64,000 bases of DNA from an uncultured delta proteobacterium. Its GTDB lineage: Bacteria; Desulfobacterota; Binatia; HRBIN30; BPIQ01. The stretch spans positions 256,001 to 320,000 of the forward strand of contig CAVXGR010000005.1 of NCBI GenBank assembly GCA_963761335.1, in the 5' to 3' direction. The position numbers and the translations under genes were made by a program. The notes under the pieces are model-generated. The model saw nothing but the letters and a program-made list of their open reading frames with translations. It searched no databases and was not told the origin of the DNA. This document shows positions 39,566 through 49,461 of the stretch, piece after piece (position 1 is the stretch's first letter; the number at the start of each line of letters is the position of its first letter).

Positions 39566-41458
39566 TCAGAGCTCGATCTGCATTCCCAGCTCGACAACGC
39601 GATTGGTGGGGAGGCGGAAGAACTGGGTGGGACGCTGGGCGTTGCGCGAGAGAAACGAGAAGAGGCGCTTGCGCCAGAGGGCCATGTCGCCGCTGCGGCT
39701 GGGCAGCAGCCGATTGTTGCTGAGGATATACGTTGCCCGGGCGGGGTCGATGGCGACGCCGTCGACGTGAACTCCGCGCAGGGCAGCGGGAATGTCGGGA
39801 TCCTCCATGAAGCCGTAGCGAATCACGGCGCGGTGAAAGCCGGCACCGAGCGGCTCGATCTCGACGCGATCCTGCTCCGCCACATAGGGCACCTCCGCCG
39901 TGATCACCGTGAGGATGAGATTCTCCTGATGGAGCACCCGATTGAGCTTGATGTTGTGAAGCAGGGCGACCGGGACGCCGTCGAGCGAGCCGCTCAGAAA
40001 GATTGCCGTGCCGGGGGCGCGCAGCAGGCGGTCCTGGCCGACGTCCTGAACGAAGGTCGCCAGCGGCAGGGCGGTTCGACTGAGGCGGGCGACCACGAGC
40101 TCCCGGCCCTTCTGCCAGGTGGTAAAACACACGAAGCCCGCGGCGCCGACCAGAAGCGGAAACCAGCCGCCGTGGGTGACCTTCACCACGTTTGCCCCGA
40201 AGAAGGCCAGATCGACGACGAGGAACGTCGCCGTCACCAGCAGGGCGATCGGCCGCGGCCAGTGCCACAGACGGCGCGAGACCACGTAGGCGAGAAGCGT
40301 GGTGATGATCATCGTCGTGCTCACCGCCACCCCGTAGGCGGCGGCCAGGCTCGTCGAGCTTTCGAAGGCGATCACCAGCGCGATGGTCACCACCATCAGC
40401 GCCCAGTTCGCCCCGGGAACGTAGATCTGGCCGATCTCTCGCGACGAGGTGTGGATGATCTCGACGCGCGGCAGGAAGCCGAGCTGCACGGCCTGGCGGG
40501 TGAGGGAGAAGACGCCGGAGATCACTGCCTGGGAGGCGATGACGGTCGCCATTGCCGCGAGCAGCACCAGGGGATACAGCGCCCAATCTGGTGCCAGGCG
40601 GTAGAACGGGTTGTGAGCCGCCTCCGGCGAGCGCAGGAGAAGGGCCCCCTGTCCGAAGTAGTTCAGCAGCAGCGACGGCGCCACCAGGCCGAACCAGTCG
40701 ATCTGGATCGGCAGCTCGCCGAAGTGCCCGAGATCGGCGTACAGCGCCTCGCCGCCCGTGGCCACCAGGAAGACCGCGCCGAGAACCAGGTAGCCGGCGA
40801 TGCCGTTGATGGCGAAGAAACGGAGGGCGTGAACGGGATTGATGGCTCCCAGAACCGATGGCTCGCGGGCGATGCCGATCACGCCGAGCACCGACAGGGT
40901 CGCGAACCACACCAGGATCACCGGCCCGAACACGGCGCCGACGCCGGCCGTGCCGCGGCGCTGAAAGAGAAAGAGCCCCAGGAGGATGCCGACCGTGATC
41001 GGCACCACGAAGGGAGTGAAGATCGGTGTCGCGACCTCGAGCCCTTCGATGGCGCTGAGGACGGAGATCGCCGGGGTGAGAGCACCGTCTCCGTAGAGGA
41101 GCGCCGCCCCGAACAGCCCGAGAGCGAGCGACACCGCCGCCAGTCGCCGGTTCTTCCCGATTGCGGAATGGACGAGTGCCATCAGGGCGAGGATGCCGCC
41201 CTCGCCCCGATTGTCGGCGCGCAGCACGTAGACGTGGTACTTGAGCGTGACTACGATCACCAGCGACCAGAAGATCAGCGACAGCACGCCGAGGATGTTC
41301 TCCGGCGTGACCGGCACGGCGTGCGGGCCGAAGAAGCACTCGCGGATGGCGTACAGCGGGCTGGTGCCGATGTCGCCGTAGACGACGCCGACAGCGGTCA
41401 GGCAGAGGAGGGCCAGAGGAGACCTCCCGTGCGGGCTCTCGGGGAAAGATCTGCTCAT
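39566..41458 (-). CDS. kup: KUP/HAK/KT potassium transporter
   Basis: GVVYGDIGTSPLY, GEGGILAL, GGEALYADLGHF, GQIYVP, VVELG. Confidence 0.95.
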   Translation of the reverse strand: MSRSFPESPHGRSPLALLCLTAVGVVYGDIGTSPLYAIRECFFGPHAVPVTPENILGVLSLIFWSLVIVVTLKYHVYVLRADNRGEGGILALMALVHSAIGKNRRLAAVSLALGLFGAALLYGDGALTPAISVLSAIEGLEVATPIFTPFVVPITVGILLGLFLFQRRGTAGVGAVFGPVILVWFATLSVLGVIGIAREPSVLGAINPVHALRFFAINGIAGYLVLGAVFLVATGGEALYADLGHFGELPIQIDWFGLVAPSLLLNYFGQGALLLRSPEAAHNPFYRLAPDWALYPLVLLAAMATVIASQAVISGVFSLTRQAVQLGFLPRVEIIHTSSREIGQIYVPGANWALMVVTIALVIAFESSTSLAAAYGVAVSTTMIITTLLAYVVSRRLWHWPRPIALLVTATFLVVDLAFFGANVVKVTHGGWFPLLVGAAGFVCFTTWQKGRELVVARLSRTALPLATFVQDVGQDRLLRAPGTAIFLSGSLDGVPVALLHNIKLNRVLHQENLILTVITAEVPYVAEQDRVEIEPLGAGFHRAVIRYGFMEDPDIPAALRGVHVDGVAIDPARATYILSNNRLLPSRSGDMALWRKRLFSFLSRNAQRPTQFFRLPTNRVVELGMQIEL

Positions 41459-41571
41459 CGCCCGATCCCCCGGTGGAGGGCTCGTCGAGTCGTCTGTCGG
41501 CACACTGGCGGAGTCTTGGTGCGGGATTGTCGTGCTCTTCCCGGGGGACTGCGTCTGCATGGGCGCGACCA

Positions 41572-41587
41572 TGCGCGCACCGTGCCC
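41572..41587 (-). promoter_or_regulatory. Possible sigma54 promoter for kup
   Basis: Minus-strand GGGCACGGTGCGCGCA fits GG-N10-GC but has a weak -12 element. Confidence 0.35.
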
Positions 41588-41651
41588 GACCGCCGCGGAC
41601 GGGATGCTGCGGCTCCCCGGCGCGGGCGCAGGCGCGCAGCGCCGTGCATGT

Positions 41652-41758
41652 TGCAATCTGCACGCTGCAGAATGCACGAACCGGTGTTCCGTCACGCGCG
41701 CTCAACCACTTTACTTCCTCGCGTGCTCATCTGGCAATGCGGCACAATGCAGAGCGCA
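41652..41758. promoter_or_regulatory. Putative enhancer boxes TGCA-N3-TGCA
   Basis: TGCAATCTGCA (41652), TGCAGAATGCA (41666), TGCAGAGCGCA (41748) between the divergent promoters. Confidence 0.55.
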
Positions 41759-41813
41759 GGGCGCGCCTTCCCAGGCGGGAGAAGATGGGCACGACTGTCT
41801 TGGTCGGCGCGGC

Positions 41814-41828
41814 TGGCACGGACCCTGC
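41814..41828 (+). promoter_or_regulatory. Putative sigma54 -24/-12 promoter
   Basis: TGGCACGGACCCTGC, about 25 bp upstream of ATG 41853. Confidence 0.65.
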
Positions 41829-41852
41829 CAAGGGAAGGCACGGGAGCCGACG

Positions 41853-42215
41853 ATGCAAGTGGTGGCTGTGAGAGCCGATCCGGTGTGCGATCCCGATGGG
41901 TCAAAGCTCTGCGCCTTCATCGATGCGCACCAGGCCTACGTGAGGGCCAAGGCGGATCGGCGCTGGTGGATGATCGTTAGCGGCGTCGCCTTGGTTGCAC
42001 TTCCCGTTGCGCACCAGTACGGGCCTCGCGTCCGGACGCTGATCTTCTTGTTGGTCCTGGCGAGCATTTTGCGGACGATCTGCGCCGGAGCCGTTGAATG
42101 GCGCCGCCAGCGTCAACGCCGGGAATGCTCCGACGACGTGATTCTGCTTCCCGACGCCGGCCGGGGAGCTCTCGGCGACGAGGCGCGCACCGAGCCGCGG
42201 CCGTCAGGGACCTGA
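41853..42215 (+). CDS. Small hypothetical two-TM membrane protein
   Basis: GGGAG RBS before ATG; two hydrophobic segments; ends 3 bp before the regulator gene. Confidence 0.6.
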   Translation: MQVVAVRADPVCDPDGSKLCAFIDAHQAYVRAKADRRWWMIVSGVALVALPVAHQYGPRVRTLIFLLVLASILRTICAGAVEWRRQRQRRECSDDVILLPDAGRGALGDEARTEPRPSGT

Positions 42216-42218
42216 GCG

Positions 42219-43589
42219 ATGCACGCATCCAACGTCGTGCCGCCGTGTCCGCCACGGGTTCTGGTGGTCGACGACGAGAAGAACATTCGCAACATGCTGG
42301 CGGTCTGCCTCGAAGGAGAAGGTTGCGCAGTCACGGCGGCGCCGTCAGTCGCAGTGGCGCTGGCCGCTCTGCAGCGACAGACCTTCGACTTGGCGCTGGT
42401 CGACCTCCGCCTGGCCGAGAGCAGCGGTCTCGCCCTGTTGCCGCAGATTCTCGAAGCGCAGCCCGCGTTGCCCGTCGTGGTGATCACCGCCTACGCTACC
42501 TACGAGACTGCTGTCGAAGCAATCAAGAGAGGCGCTACCGACTACCTGCCGAAGCCGTTTACCCCGGCGCAGATCCGCCAGGCGCTGGCGCACGCCCTCG
42601 AGCGACGTGCCATGGCTGGGCGCCTCGCCGATCTGGAGCAGCAGCTTCACGAGGCGGTGCCCGAGGTCGATCTGGCGACGCATTCTCCGCGGATGCGTGC
42701 TGCGCTCGATGTCGCTGAGCGAGCCGCGGGCACCGACGCCGCCGTTCTGCTCCGAGGCGAGAACGGCACCGGCAAGGGAGTGGTGGCCCGGCTGCTGCAC
42801 GCCCACAGCCCGCGGGGTGGGCGGCCGTTCGTGGTGGTGAACTGCCCGACCCTGTCGGAGGAGCTGCTCGCCAGCACGCTCTTCGGCCACGCCAGGGGCG
42901 CCTTCACCGGAGCCGTGCGTGACCAGATGGGTCGCGTCGAGGCGGCGGAAGGTGGCACGCTGTTTCTCGACGAGATCGGCGAGATCTCTCCGGCGCTGCA
43001 GGCCAAGCTCTTGCGCTTTCTGCAGGACAAGCAGTTCGAGCGCGTCGGCGAGAACGAGACCCGTACCGCTGACGTACGTCTGGTCGCGGCGACGAATCGC
43101 GATCTCGAAAGGGAGGTCGCGGACGGTCGGTTCCGCCAAGATCTCCTCTATCGCCTCAACGTCATCGAGATCACGGTGCCGCCACTGCGCGAGAGGCCCG
43201 AGGACATCCTGCCGCTGGCTCGCGACTTCCTCGAGTTCTTTGCTCGTCCGGCGCGCCGGCTCGTCCCGGAGCTGTCGCTGGCGGCGGCGGAGGCCCTGCG
43301 GGCCTACGCCTGGCCCGGAAACGTCCGCGAGCTACGCAATGCCATCGAGCGCGCTGTGATCCTATGGCCGGCACGCACCATCGAGCCTGCGGCCTTCCCC
43401 GAGCGGATCGCCGTCAAGGCCAGCTCGGCCGTACAGCTCGGTAGCGACGTCTCTCTCGAGTCGATCGAGCGCGAGCACATTCTACGTGTCGTGGCGCGTA
43501 CTCCGACATTGGAAGATGCCGCCCACATCCTCTGCATCGACCCCTCGACGCTGTGGCGCAAGCGGAAGAAGTACGAGCAAGTGGGCTGA
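42219..43589 (+). CDS. Sigma54-dependent response regulator (NtrC/AlgB-like), copy 1
   Basis: REC domain VLVVDDE, Walker [40 protein letters not shown]. Confidence 0.93.
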   Translation: MHASNVVPPCPPRVLVVDDEKNIRNMLAVCLEGEGCAVTAAPSVAVALAALQRQTFDLALVDLRLAESSGLALLPQILEAQPALPVVVITAYATYETAVEAIKRGATDYLPKPFTPAQIRQALAHALERRAMAGRLADLEQQLHEAVPEVDLATHSPRMRAALDVAERAAGTDAAVLLRGENGTGKGVVARLLHAHSPRGGRPFVVVNCPTLSEELLASTLFGHARGAFTGAVRDQMGRVEAAEGGTLFLDEIGEISPALQAKLLRFLQDKQFERVGENETRTADVRLVAATNRDLEREVADGRFRQDLLYRLNVIEITVPPLRERPEDILPLARDFLEFFARPARRLVPELSLAAAEALRAYAWPGNVRELRNAIERAVILWPARTIEPAAFPERIAVKASSAVQLGSDVSLESIEREHILRVVARTPTLEDAAHILCIDPSTLWRKRKKYEQVG

Positions 43590-43700
43590 TGGCGGTGATC
43601 CAGGTCATTGCAGACTCCGCCAGGACCGGGCGCATCGGCGACGGGCCGCTCGTGCATCTGACCCTTCGATCGCGTAATCTCGCGCCGGGGGAGTGAGCCG

Positions 43701-44549
43701 ATGAGGTCGAGATCGATTTTGGTTGGGGTGCTCACCGTGCTGCTTGCGAGCTGCAGCTCCGAGCCGCGAATCCTGCGCGAGACACGCGAGGTGCGCATCA
43801 TCGACGCTATCGGCCAGACGCTGCTCGAATCGGTGGAAGCAGAAAAAAGCGCCGTGTTGGCGACGACCGACGAGGAATCCAAATCTTTTGCTCACGATTC
43901 CCGGCAGGCCGCAGCAAGGATCAACGGGCTGCGGGGCGAGCTGCGTACGCTGGTCGTCGCCGACGGGCGGCGCACTGAGCTCGAGAAGCTCGAGGCGTTC
44001 GACGCCGCGTGGGCAAATGTCGAGCATGTCGACCAGCGCCTTCTGGCTCTGGCTGTGGCGAATACGAACCTGAAGGCGGCGCGCCTTTCGGCGAATGAGG
44101 GGGGTGCCGCGCTCGACCGCTTCGTCGATTTGCTCGGTCAGATGATGCATGATGCCGATGCAGCCGACACGATTCGCACGCTCTCGCATGCCTCGATCGC
44201 GGCGCTACGCATACAGCCTCTGCTGCTGGTGCACATTCCGTCGGCTGACGATGCCGAGATGACGCAGATCGAGGAGCGCATGCGCGCCTCCAGCGAGACG
44301 GTGAACCGCGATCTGGGGACGTTGCGCGACAGCGGCCAGGTGTCCCCGGATCAGCTCGCGGCGGCGACGCAGGCGTGGTCGGACTATCAACGAATCCTCA
44401 AGGAGGTCCTTCGCCTGTCGCGCGAGAACTCGAACGTCATCTCGTTCGACGTCTCTGTCCACGAGAAGCGCCAGGTGACCAAGGAATGCTTGGCTGCGCT
44501 TTCGGCGCTGAAGGAAGCAGTCGTGGCGGGTCCCCACCCCACGCGCTGA
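43701..44549 (+). CDS. Lipoprotein resembling a stand-alone helical-bundle (MCP ligand-binding-like) domain
   Basis: Lipobox LLASC; all-helical pattern with AEKSAVLA, NTNLKAARLS, LSRENSNV; no TM or signalling domain. Confidence 0.65.
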   Translation: MRSRSILVGVLTVLLASCSSEPRILRETREVRIIDAIGQTLLESVEAEKSAVLATTDEESKSFAHDSRQAAARINGLRGELRTLVVADGRRTELEKLEAFDAAWANVEHVDQRLLALAVANTNLKAARLSANEGGAALDRFVDLLGQMMHDADAADTIRTLSHASIAALRIQPLLLVHIPSADDAEMTQIEERMRASSETVNRDLGTLRDSGQVSPDQLAAATQAWSDYQRILKEVLRLSRENSNVISFDVSVHEKRQVTKECLAALSALKEAVVAGPHPTR

Positions 44550-44624
44550 GCCAACGCCCGATCGTCTTGGCGGGTGCGCTGGCGGGTGGCCGACTGCTGC
44601 CTCGCAGGCCGGAGCCGGCAGCAC

Positions 44625-44736
44625 TGCGAATTGCAGCGTCGCCGGAAGGAAGGCGTGCAAATCACAAAGGCAACGTATCCCGTACGAATCCAATCGCCGC
44701 TGCCGATCGTCAAAGCTTCTTGGCCCAGCGGTTGCT
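44625..44736 (+). promoter_or_regulatory. Putative sigma54 promoter of the kdp operon with upstream TGCA-N3-TGCA-like boxes
   Basis: TGGCCCAGCGGTTGCT at 44721-44736; TGCGAATTGCA at 44625 and TGCAAATCACA at 44656. Confidence 0.65.
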
Positions 44737-44841
44737 GGAGTACGAAGTGAACACACTGCCCGCGTGAGCAGCGTGTGAAATTATCTGAACTGGGGCTCCG
44801 TCGGGGACGACGGATCACCATCGGCTTTTGGGAGGGCGATC

Positions 44842-44925
44842 ATGTTGCTCTTGGGAATGATTCTACTCGGATTGGCGGCGTTCGCGGCGCTGCTCGGCTT
44901 CATCGTCTTTTGTGAATGGGTATAG
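44842..44925 (+). CDS. 27-aa hydrophobic peptide preceding kdpF
   Basis: GGAGG RBS; MLLLGMILLGLAAFAALLGFIVFCEWV; stop lies 2 bp before kdpF. Confidence 0.7.
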   Translation: MLLLGMILLGLAAFAALLGFIVFCEWV

Positions 44926-44927
44926 CA

Positions 44928-45008
44928 ATGAATGCGCTCTTGCTTGTTCTCAGCCTGCTTGCAGCCGCCTACCTTTTCTACGCAATGGTGCGTCCCGAAC
45001 GCTTCTGA
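44928..45008 (+). CDS. kdpF: K+-transporting ATPase subunit F
   Basis: MNALLLVLSLLAAAYLFYAMVRPERF with the YLxYAxxRPExF signature. Confidence 0.92.
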   Translation: MNALLLVLSLLAAAYLFYAMVRPERF

Positions 45009-45017
45009 GGCACGGAC

Positions 45018-46727
45018 ATGGCAACCGAGATCCTCGCAGTCGTTCTGACGGTCGCGATCCTCATCGCAACCAGCATCCCGATCGGCCGGTACATGGCCCG
45101 CGTATTCAGCGGCGAGAGGACCTGGCTCGACTCTGTCTTAGTGCCGATCGAACGCCTGGTGCTGCGGCTCTCGCGGGTGGATCCCGCCGAAGAGCAGGAC
45201 TGGAAGGCGTACTCCCGCTCCCTGATCTTCTCGAACGTTTTCATGTGGCTGGCGACGTTTGCGCTCGTGACGCTGCAGGGCGTGCTCTTCCTCAATCCGG
45301 ACGGTATCGCCGGCATGGAGCCGACGCTGGCCTTCAACACCATCTCCAGCTTCACCACCAACACCAATCTGCAGCACTACAGCGGAGAGACCGGACTGTC
45401 GTACCTGTCGCAGATGGGCTTCGCGACCTTTCTCCAGTTCGTCACCGCGGCGACGGGGATGGCGGCGCTGGTCGCCATCATCCGGGCGCTGGGCGGGAGC
45501 CGGCTGACCAAGCTCGGCAACTTCTACGTCGACATGACGCGCGCCGCGGTACGGGTGCTGCTGCCGCTGTCGATCTTCGTCGCGACCATCTTCATCTGGC
45601 AGGGTATGCCGATGACGTTCAAGGGCGCCGCCAAGGCGACCACCATCGAAGGCCAGGAGCAGTCCATCGCGCGCGGCCCAGTCGCGGCGATGGTCGCCAT
45701 CAAGCAGCTCGGGACCAATGGCGGCGGCTTCTTCGGGCCGAACTGCTCGTACCCCTACGAGAACCCGACGCCGATCTCGAATCTCGCCGCCACCTGGTCG
45801 ATCCTCGTCATCCCCATGGGGATGGTCTGGACGCTGGGCGAGATGTTGCGGCGGCGCCGCCTGGCGGCGGTGATCTTCGCGACCATGCTCGCTTTCTACG
45901 TACCCCTGTTCTCTTTCGCGATATCACAGGAGCTCAGCGGCAACCCGGCGATCACCGCCATGGGCGTCGATCAGTCGACGGGCTCCATGGAGGGCAAGGA
46001 GGTGCGCTTCGGGGCGGCGCTCTCAGCGCTCTGGGCGACGTCCACGACGGTGACCTCGAACGGGTCGGTGAACTCGATGCACGACTCCATGACACCGCTG
46101 GGCGGGCTGGTTCCGATGATCGGCATGTGGCTCAACAATATCTTCGGCGGAGTGGGCGTCGGCTTCATCAACATGTTCATCTTCATCATCGTCACCGTCT
46201 TCGTCACGGGGATGATGATCGGGCGCACGCCGGAGTTTCTCGGCAAGAAGGTCGAAGCCAAGGAGATGAAGCTCGCCAGCGTGGCCCTGCTGCTCCATCC
46301 CCTGCTCATCCTGGTCGGCACGGGCGTCGCTTGCTACGTGTGGACGACCACCGCCGATCCGAACACGGCGCTGGCCTGGCTGAGGAATCCCGGACCGCAC
46401 GGCTTCTCCGAGATGCTGTACGAATTCAGCTCGGCAGCGGCCAACAACGGCTCGGGGTTCGAGGGGCTGGGGGACAACACCGCCTTCTGGAACATCTCCA
46501 CCGGACTGGTCATGCTGTTCGGGCGCTATATCCCGATCATCGCGCCGCTGGCGCTCGCCGGCTCGCTCGCCGCCAAGCCGGCGTCGCCGGAAACCGCCGG
46601 CTCGCTGCGGGCCGATTCGGCGACGTTTGGATTCGCTCTGTGGGCCGTCGTCCTTGTTCTCGGCCTGCTCATGTTCATGCCGGTCGCCGTGCTCGGCCCG
46701 ATCGCCGAACGCCTGGCCATGCCGTAA
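45018..46727 (+). CDS. kdpA: K+-transporting ATPase subunit A
   Basis: Filter motifs TNTNLQHY, QLGTNGGG, SNGSVN, ANNGS. Confidence 0.96.
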   Translation: MATEILAVVLTVAILIATSIPIGRYMARVFSGERTWLDSVLVPIERLVLRLSRVDPAEEQDWKAYSRSLIFSNVFMWLATFALVTLQGVLFLNPDGIAGMEPTLAFNTISSFTTNTNLQHYSGETGLSYLSQMGFATFLQFVTAATGMAALVAIIRALGGSRLTKLGNFYVDMTRAAVRVLLPLSIFVATIFIWQGMPMTFKGAAKATTIEGQEQSIARGPVAAMVAIKQLGTNGGGFFGPNCSYPYENPTPISNLAATWSILVIPMGMVWTLGEMLRRRRLAAVIFATMLAFYVPLFSFAISQELSGNPAITAMGVDQSTGSMEGKEVRFGAALSALWATSTTVTSNGSVNSMHDSMTPLGGLVPMIGMWLNNIFGGVGVGFINMFIFIIVTVFVTGMMIGRTPEFLGKKVEAKEMKLASVALLLHPLLILVGTGVACYVWTTTADPNTALAWLRNPGPHGFSEMLYEFSSAAANNGSGFEGLGDNTAFWNISTGLVMLFGRYIPIIAPLALAGSLAAKPASPETAGSLRADSATFGFALWAVVLVLGLLMFMPVAVLGPIAERLAMP

Positions 46728-46737
46728 GGAGCTCGAG

Positions 46738-47331
46738 ATGTTATCCGAACTGAAATCCGATCTGGTTCGCGGTGCGCTGTACACCGCCGTGACCATGGTT
46801 CTCTTCGGCGGGATCTATCACCTCTTCGTGTGGGGTATTGGGACCGCGATCTTTCCCGCCCAGGCGGAGGGCAGCCTCATCCGGCGCGCCGACGGCGCCG
46901 TGGCGGGCTCCTCGCTGATCGCGCAGGGGTTCAAGCGGCCCGAGTACTTTCAGCCGCGGCCCTCCGCGGTGGACTACAACGCCGCCTCCACGGGCGGCAG
47001 CAACTACGGGCCGTCGAACCCCGATCATCTGAAAGCCGTAGCGGAGCGCTTGGCCGCAATCACCGCCCAAGAGGGCGTGACCGCGGCTCAGGTGCCGTCG
47101 GAAATGGTGACCGCGAGCGGAGGCGGTCTCGATCCACACATCCCGCCCAAAGCCGCCGAGATTCAGGTCGCGCGTATCGCGCGCGCCCGGAACGTCGACC
47201 CTGGGCGCGTCCGAAATCTGGTGCGCGCACATACAGACGCACCGGCGCTCGGCATCTTCGGCCGCGAGCGCGTCAATGTCTTGGAACTGAACCTCGCGCT
47301 CGACGCGACGTTCGGTCAAGTACAGAAGTGA
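46738..47331 (+). CDS. kdpC: K+-transporting ATPase subunit C
   Basis: GSSLIAQ, YFQPRPSA, VTASGGGLDPHI, RVNVLELNLALD. Confidence 0.95.
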   Translation: MLSELKSDLVRGALYTAVTMVLFGGIYHLFVWGIGTAIFPAQAEGSLIRRADGAVAGSSLIAQGFKRPEYFQPRPSAVDYNAASTGGSNYGPSNPDHLKAVAERLAAITAQEGVTAAQVPSEMVTASGGGLDPHIPPKAAEIQVARIARARNVDPGRVRNLVRAHTDAPALGIFGRERVNVLELNLALDATFGQVQK

Positions 47332-47346
47332 GGGCGAGAACCAACC

Positions 47347-49389
47347 ATGGCATCGAAAGCTCGTCAGATATCGTTGTGGGACGGCGCCATTCTTGGCCGC
47401 GCCATTGCGGATTCCTTCGCCAAGCTCGACCCGCGAGTTCAGATCAGGAATCCCGTGATGTTCATGGTCGGGATCGGGAGCATCCTCACCACCGGCGTGT
47501 TCTTCAAGGAGATCGCCTCCGGCACGGGCCATCCGCTGTTCACCGGACAGGTCGCCTTCTGGCTGTGGTTCACGGTCATCTTCGCGAACTTCGCCGAAGC
47601 CGTCGCCGAGGGGCGCGGCAAGGCGCAAGCCGACAGCCTGCGCAAGACACGGACCCAAACCGTCGCCGCCCGGCTGGGCGCCGGCGATCGGGTGGAAAAA
47701 GTGCCGGCGGCGGAGTTGCGGAAGGGAGACGTGGTCCTCGTGCACGCCGGCGAGATCATTCCGGCCGACGGCGAGATCATCGAAGGAATCGCGTCCGTGG
47801 ACGAGTCGGCGATCACGGGGGAGTCGGCTCCGGTGATCCGTGAGTCCGGCGGCGATCGCTCGGCCGTTACCGGCGGCACGCGCGTCCTCTCCGATTGGAT
47901 CAAGGTACGGGTGAGCTCGGATCCGGGGCATACGTTCCTGGACCGCATGATCGCCCTCGTCGAGGGGGCGGAGCGGCAGAAGACCCCCAACGAGATCGCG
48001 CTCGGCATTCTGCTCGCCGTGCTCACCCTTGTCTTCCTCATGGTCGTCGTCACCCTCCAGCCGTTCGCGTGGTACGCGGGCACGGAGATCCCGATTCCGG
48101 TCCTCGTCTCGCTCCTCGTCTGCTTGATTCCGACGACGATCGGCGGCCTGATCTCGGCCATCGGCATCGCCGGCATGGACCGCCTGATCCAGCACAATGT
48201 CCTCGCCATGTCCGGTCGCGCCGTCGAAGCCGCCGGCGACGTCGATACGCTGCTGCTCGACAAGACGGGGACGATCACGCTCGGCAACCGGCAGGCGACC
48301 GATTTCCTGCCGGTCTCCGGAGTCAGTGAGGGAGAGCTCGCCGATGCCGCGCAGCTCTCCAGCCTGGCCGACGAAACGCCGGAGGGACGCTCGATCGTGA
48401 TTCTCGCCAAGGATCGTTACAAGCTGCGCGCCCACGACCTGCACGAGATCGGCGCGACCTTCATCCCGTTCTCCGCCACCACGCGGATGAGCGGCTGCGA
48501 CCTCGACGGTCGAAGCATCCGCAAGGGTGCCGCGGATGCGATTGTCGCTCACGTTCGCTCGCTGGGTGGTGCACCGCCGGCGGAGCTCGATTCGATCGTG
48601 CACCGCATCTCCGACACGGGCGGCACACCGCTCGCCGTCGCCGACGGCGCGAAGGTACTCGGTGTCATCCACTTGAAGGACGTCGTCAAGGGCGGAATCC
48701 GCGATCGTTTCGCGCGCTTTCGCGCCATGGGCATCCGCACGGTGATGATCACCGGCGACAACCCGCGGACCGCCGCGGCGATCGCCGCCGAGGCCGGAGT
48801 CGACGACTTCCTGGCCGAGGCGACGCCGGAGACCAAGATGCAGCTCATCAAGGCGGAGCAGGCCAAGGGTAAGCTGGTGGCGATGACCGGCGACGGCACC
48901 AACGACGCCCCGGCCCTCGCCCAAGCCGATGTCGGTGTCGCCATGAATACCGGCACCCAGGTCGCCAAGGAGGCCGGCAACATGGTCGACCTCGACTCGA
49001 ACCCGACGAAGCTGCTGGAGGTGGTCGAGGTCGGCAAGCAGCTGCTGATGACGCGCGGCTGCCTGACCACCTTCTCGATCGCCAACGACGTGGCCAAGTA
49101 CTTCGCCATCCTGCCGGCCATGTTCCTGGCCGTGTCTCCCGGCATGAGAGGGCTCGACATCATGCAGCTGGGCTCTCCGCAGAGCGCCATTCTGGCGGCG
49201 GTGATCTTCAATGCGGTCATCATCATCCTGCTCATCCCGCTGGCGCTCCGGGGCGTGGAGTACCGCCCCTTGGGCGCCGCCGCGCTGTTGCGCCGCGCCC
49301 TCCTCGTTTACGGCCTCGGCGGGTTGGTCGCGCCGTTCGTCGGCATCAAGCTGATCGATCTGCTGCTCACGGCCCTCCACCTCGCCTGA
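47347..49389 (+). CDS. kdpB: K+-transporting ATPase subunit B (P-type ATPase)
   Basis: [27 protein letters not shown]. Confidence 0.97.
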   Translation: MASKARQISLWDGAILGRAIADSFAKLDPRVQIRNPVMFMVGIGSILTTGVFFKEIASGTGHPLFTGQVAFWLWFTVIFANFAEAVAEGRGKAQADSLRKTRTQTVAARLGAGDRVEKVPAAELRKGDVVLVHAGEIIPADGEIIEGIASVDESAITGESAPVIRESGGDRSAVTGGTRVLSDWIKVRVSSDPGHTFLDRMIALVEGAERQKTPNEIALGILLAVLTLVFLMVVVTLQPFAWYAGTEIPIPVLVSLLVCLIPTTIGGLISAIGIAGMDRLIQHNVLAMSGRAVEAAGDVDTLLLDKTGTITLGNRQATDFLPVSGVSEGELADAAQLSSLADETPEGRSIVILAKDRYKLRAHDLHEIGATFIPFSATTRMSGCDLDGRSIRKGAADAIVAHVRSLGGAPPAELDSIVHRISDTGGTPLAVADGAKVLGVIHLKDVVKGGIRDRFARFRAMGIRTVMITGDNPRTAAAIAAEAGVDDFLAEATPETKMQLIKAEQAKGKLVAMTGDGTNDAPALAQADVGVAMNTGTQVAKEAGNMVDLDSNPTKLLEVVEVGKQLLMTRGCLTTFSIANDVAKYFAILPAMFLAVSPGMRGLDIMQLGSPQSAILAAVIFNAVIIILLIPLALRGVEYRPLGAAALLRRALLVYGLGGLVAPFVGIKLIDLLLTALHLA

Positions 49390-49461
49390 GACGATGGTCA
49401 CTCGAGTCGCGGGCGGAGGCGCCACTTTTTCCTGCGGTGCGGAGATGGGTGATAATTCGGC

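Noticed and set aside
36661..39597. 978-aa ORF as a single protein; likewise the N-terminal extensions of 1671..5630, 13747..16176, 30444..32186 and 39566..41695
   Set aside because: The extensions overlap other well-supported genes or repeats; internal starts with RBS or stop/start overlap fit better.
41459..41852. c-di-AMP (ydaO) riboswitch upstream of kup or kdp
   Set aside because: No recognisable conserved ydaO segments by eye; sigma54 elements explain the region. An Rfam scan would be decisive.
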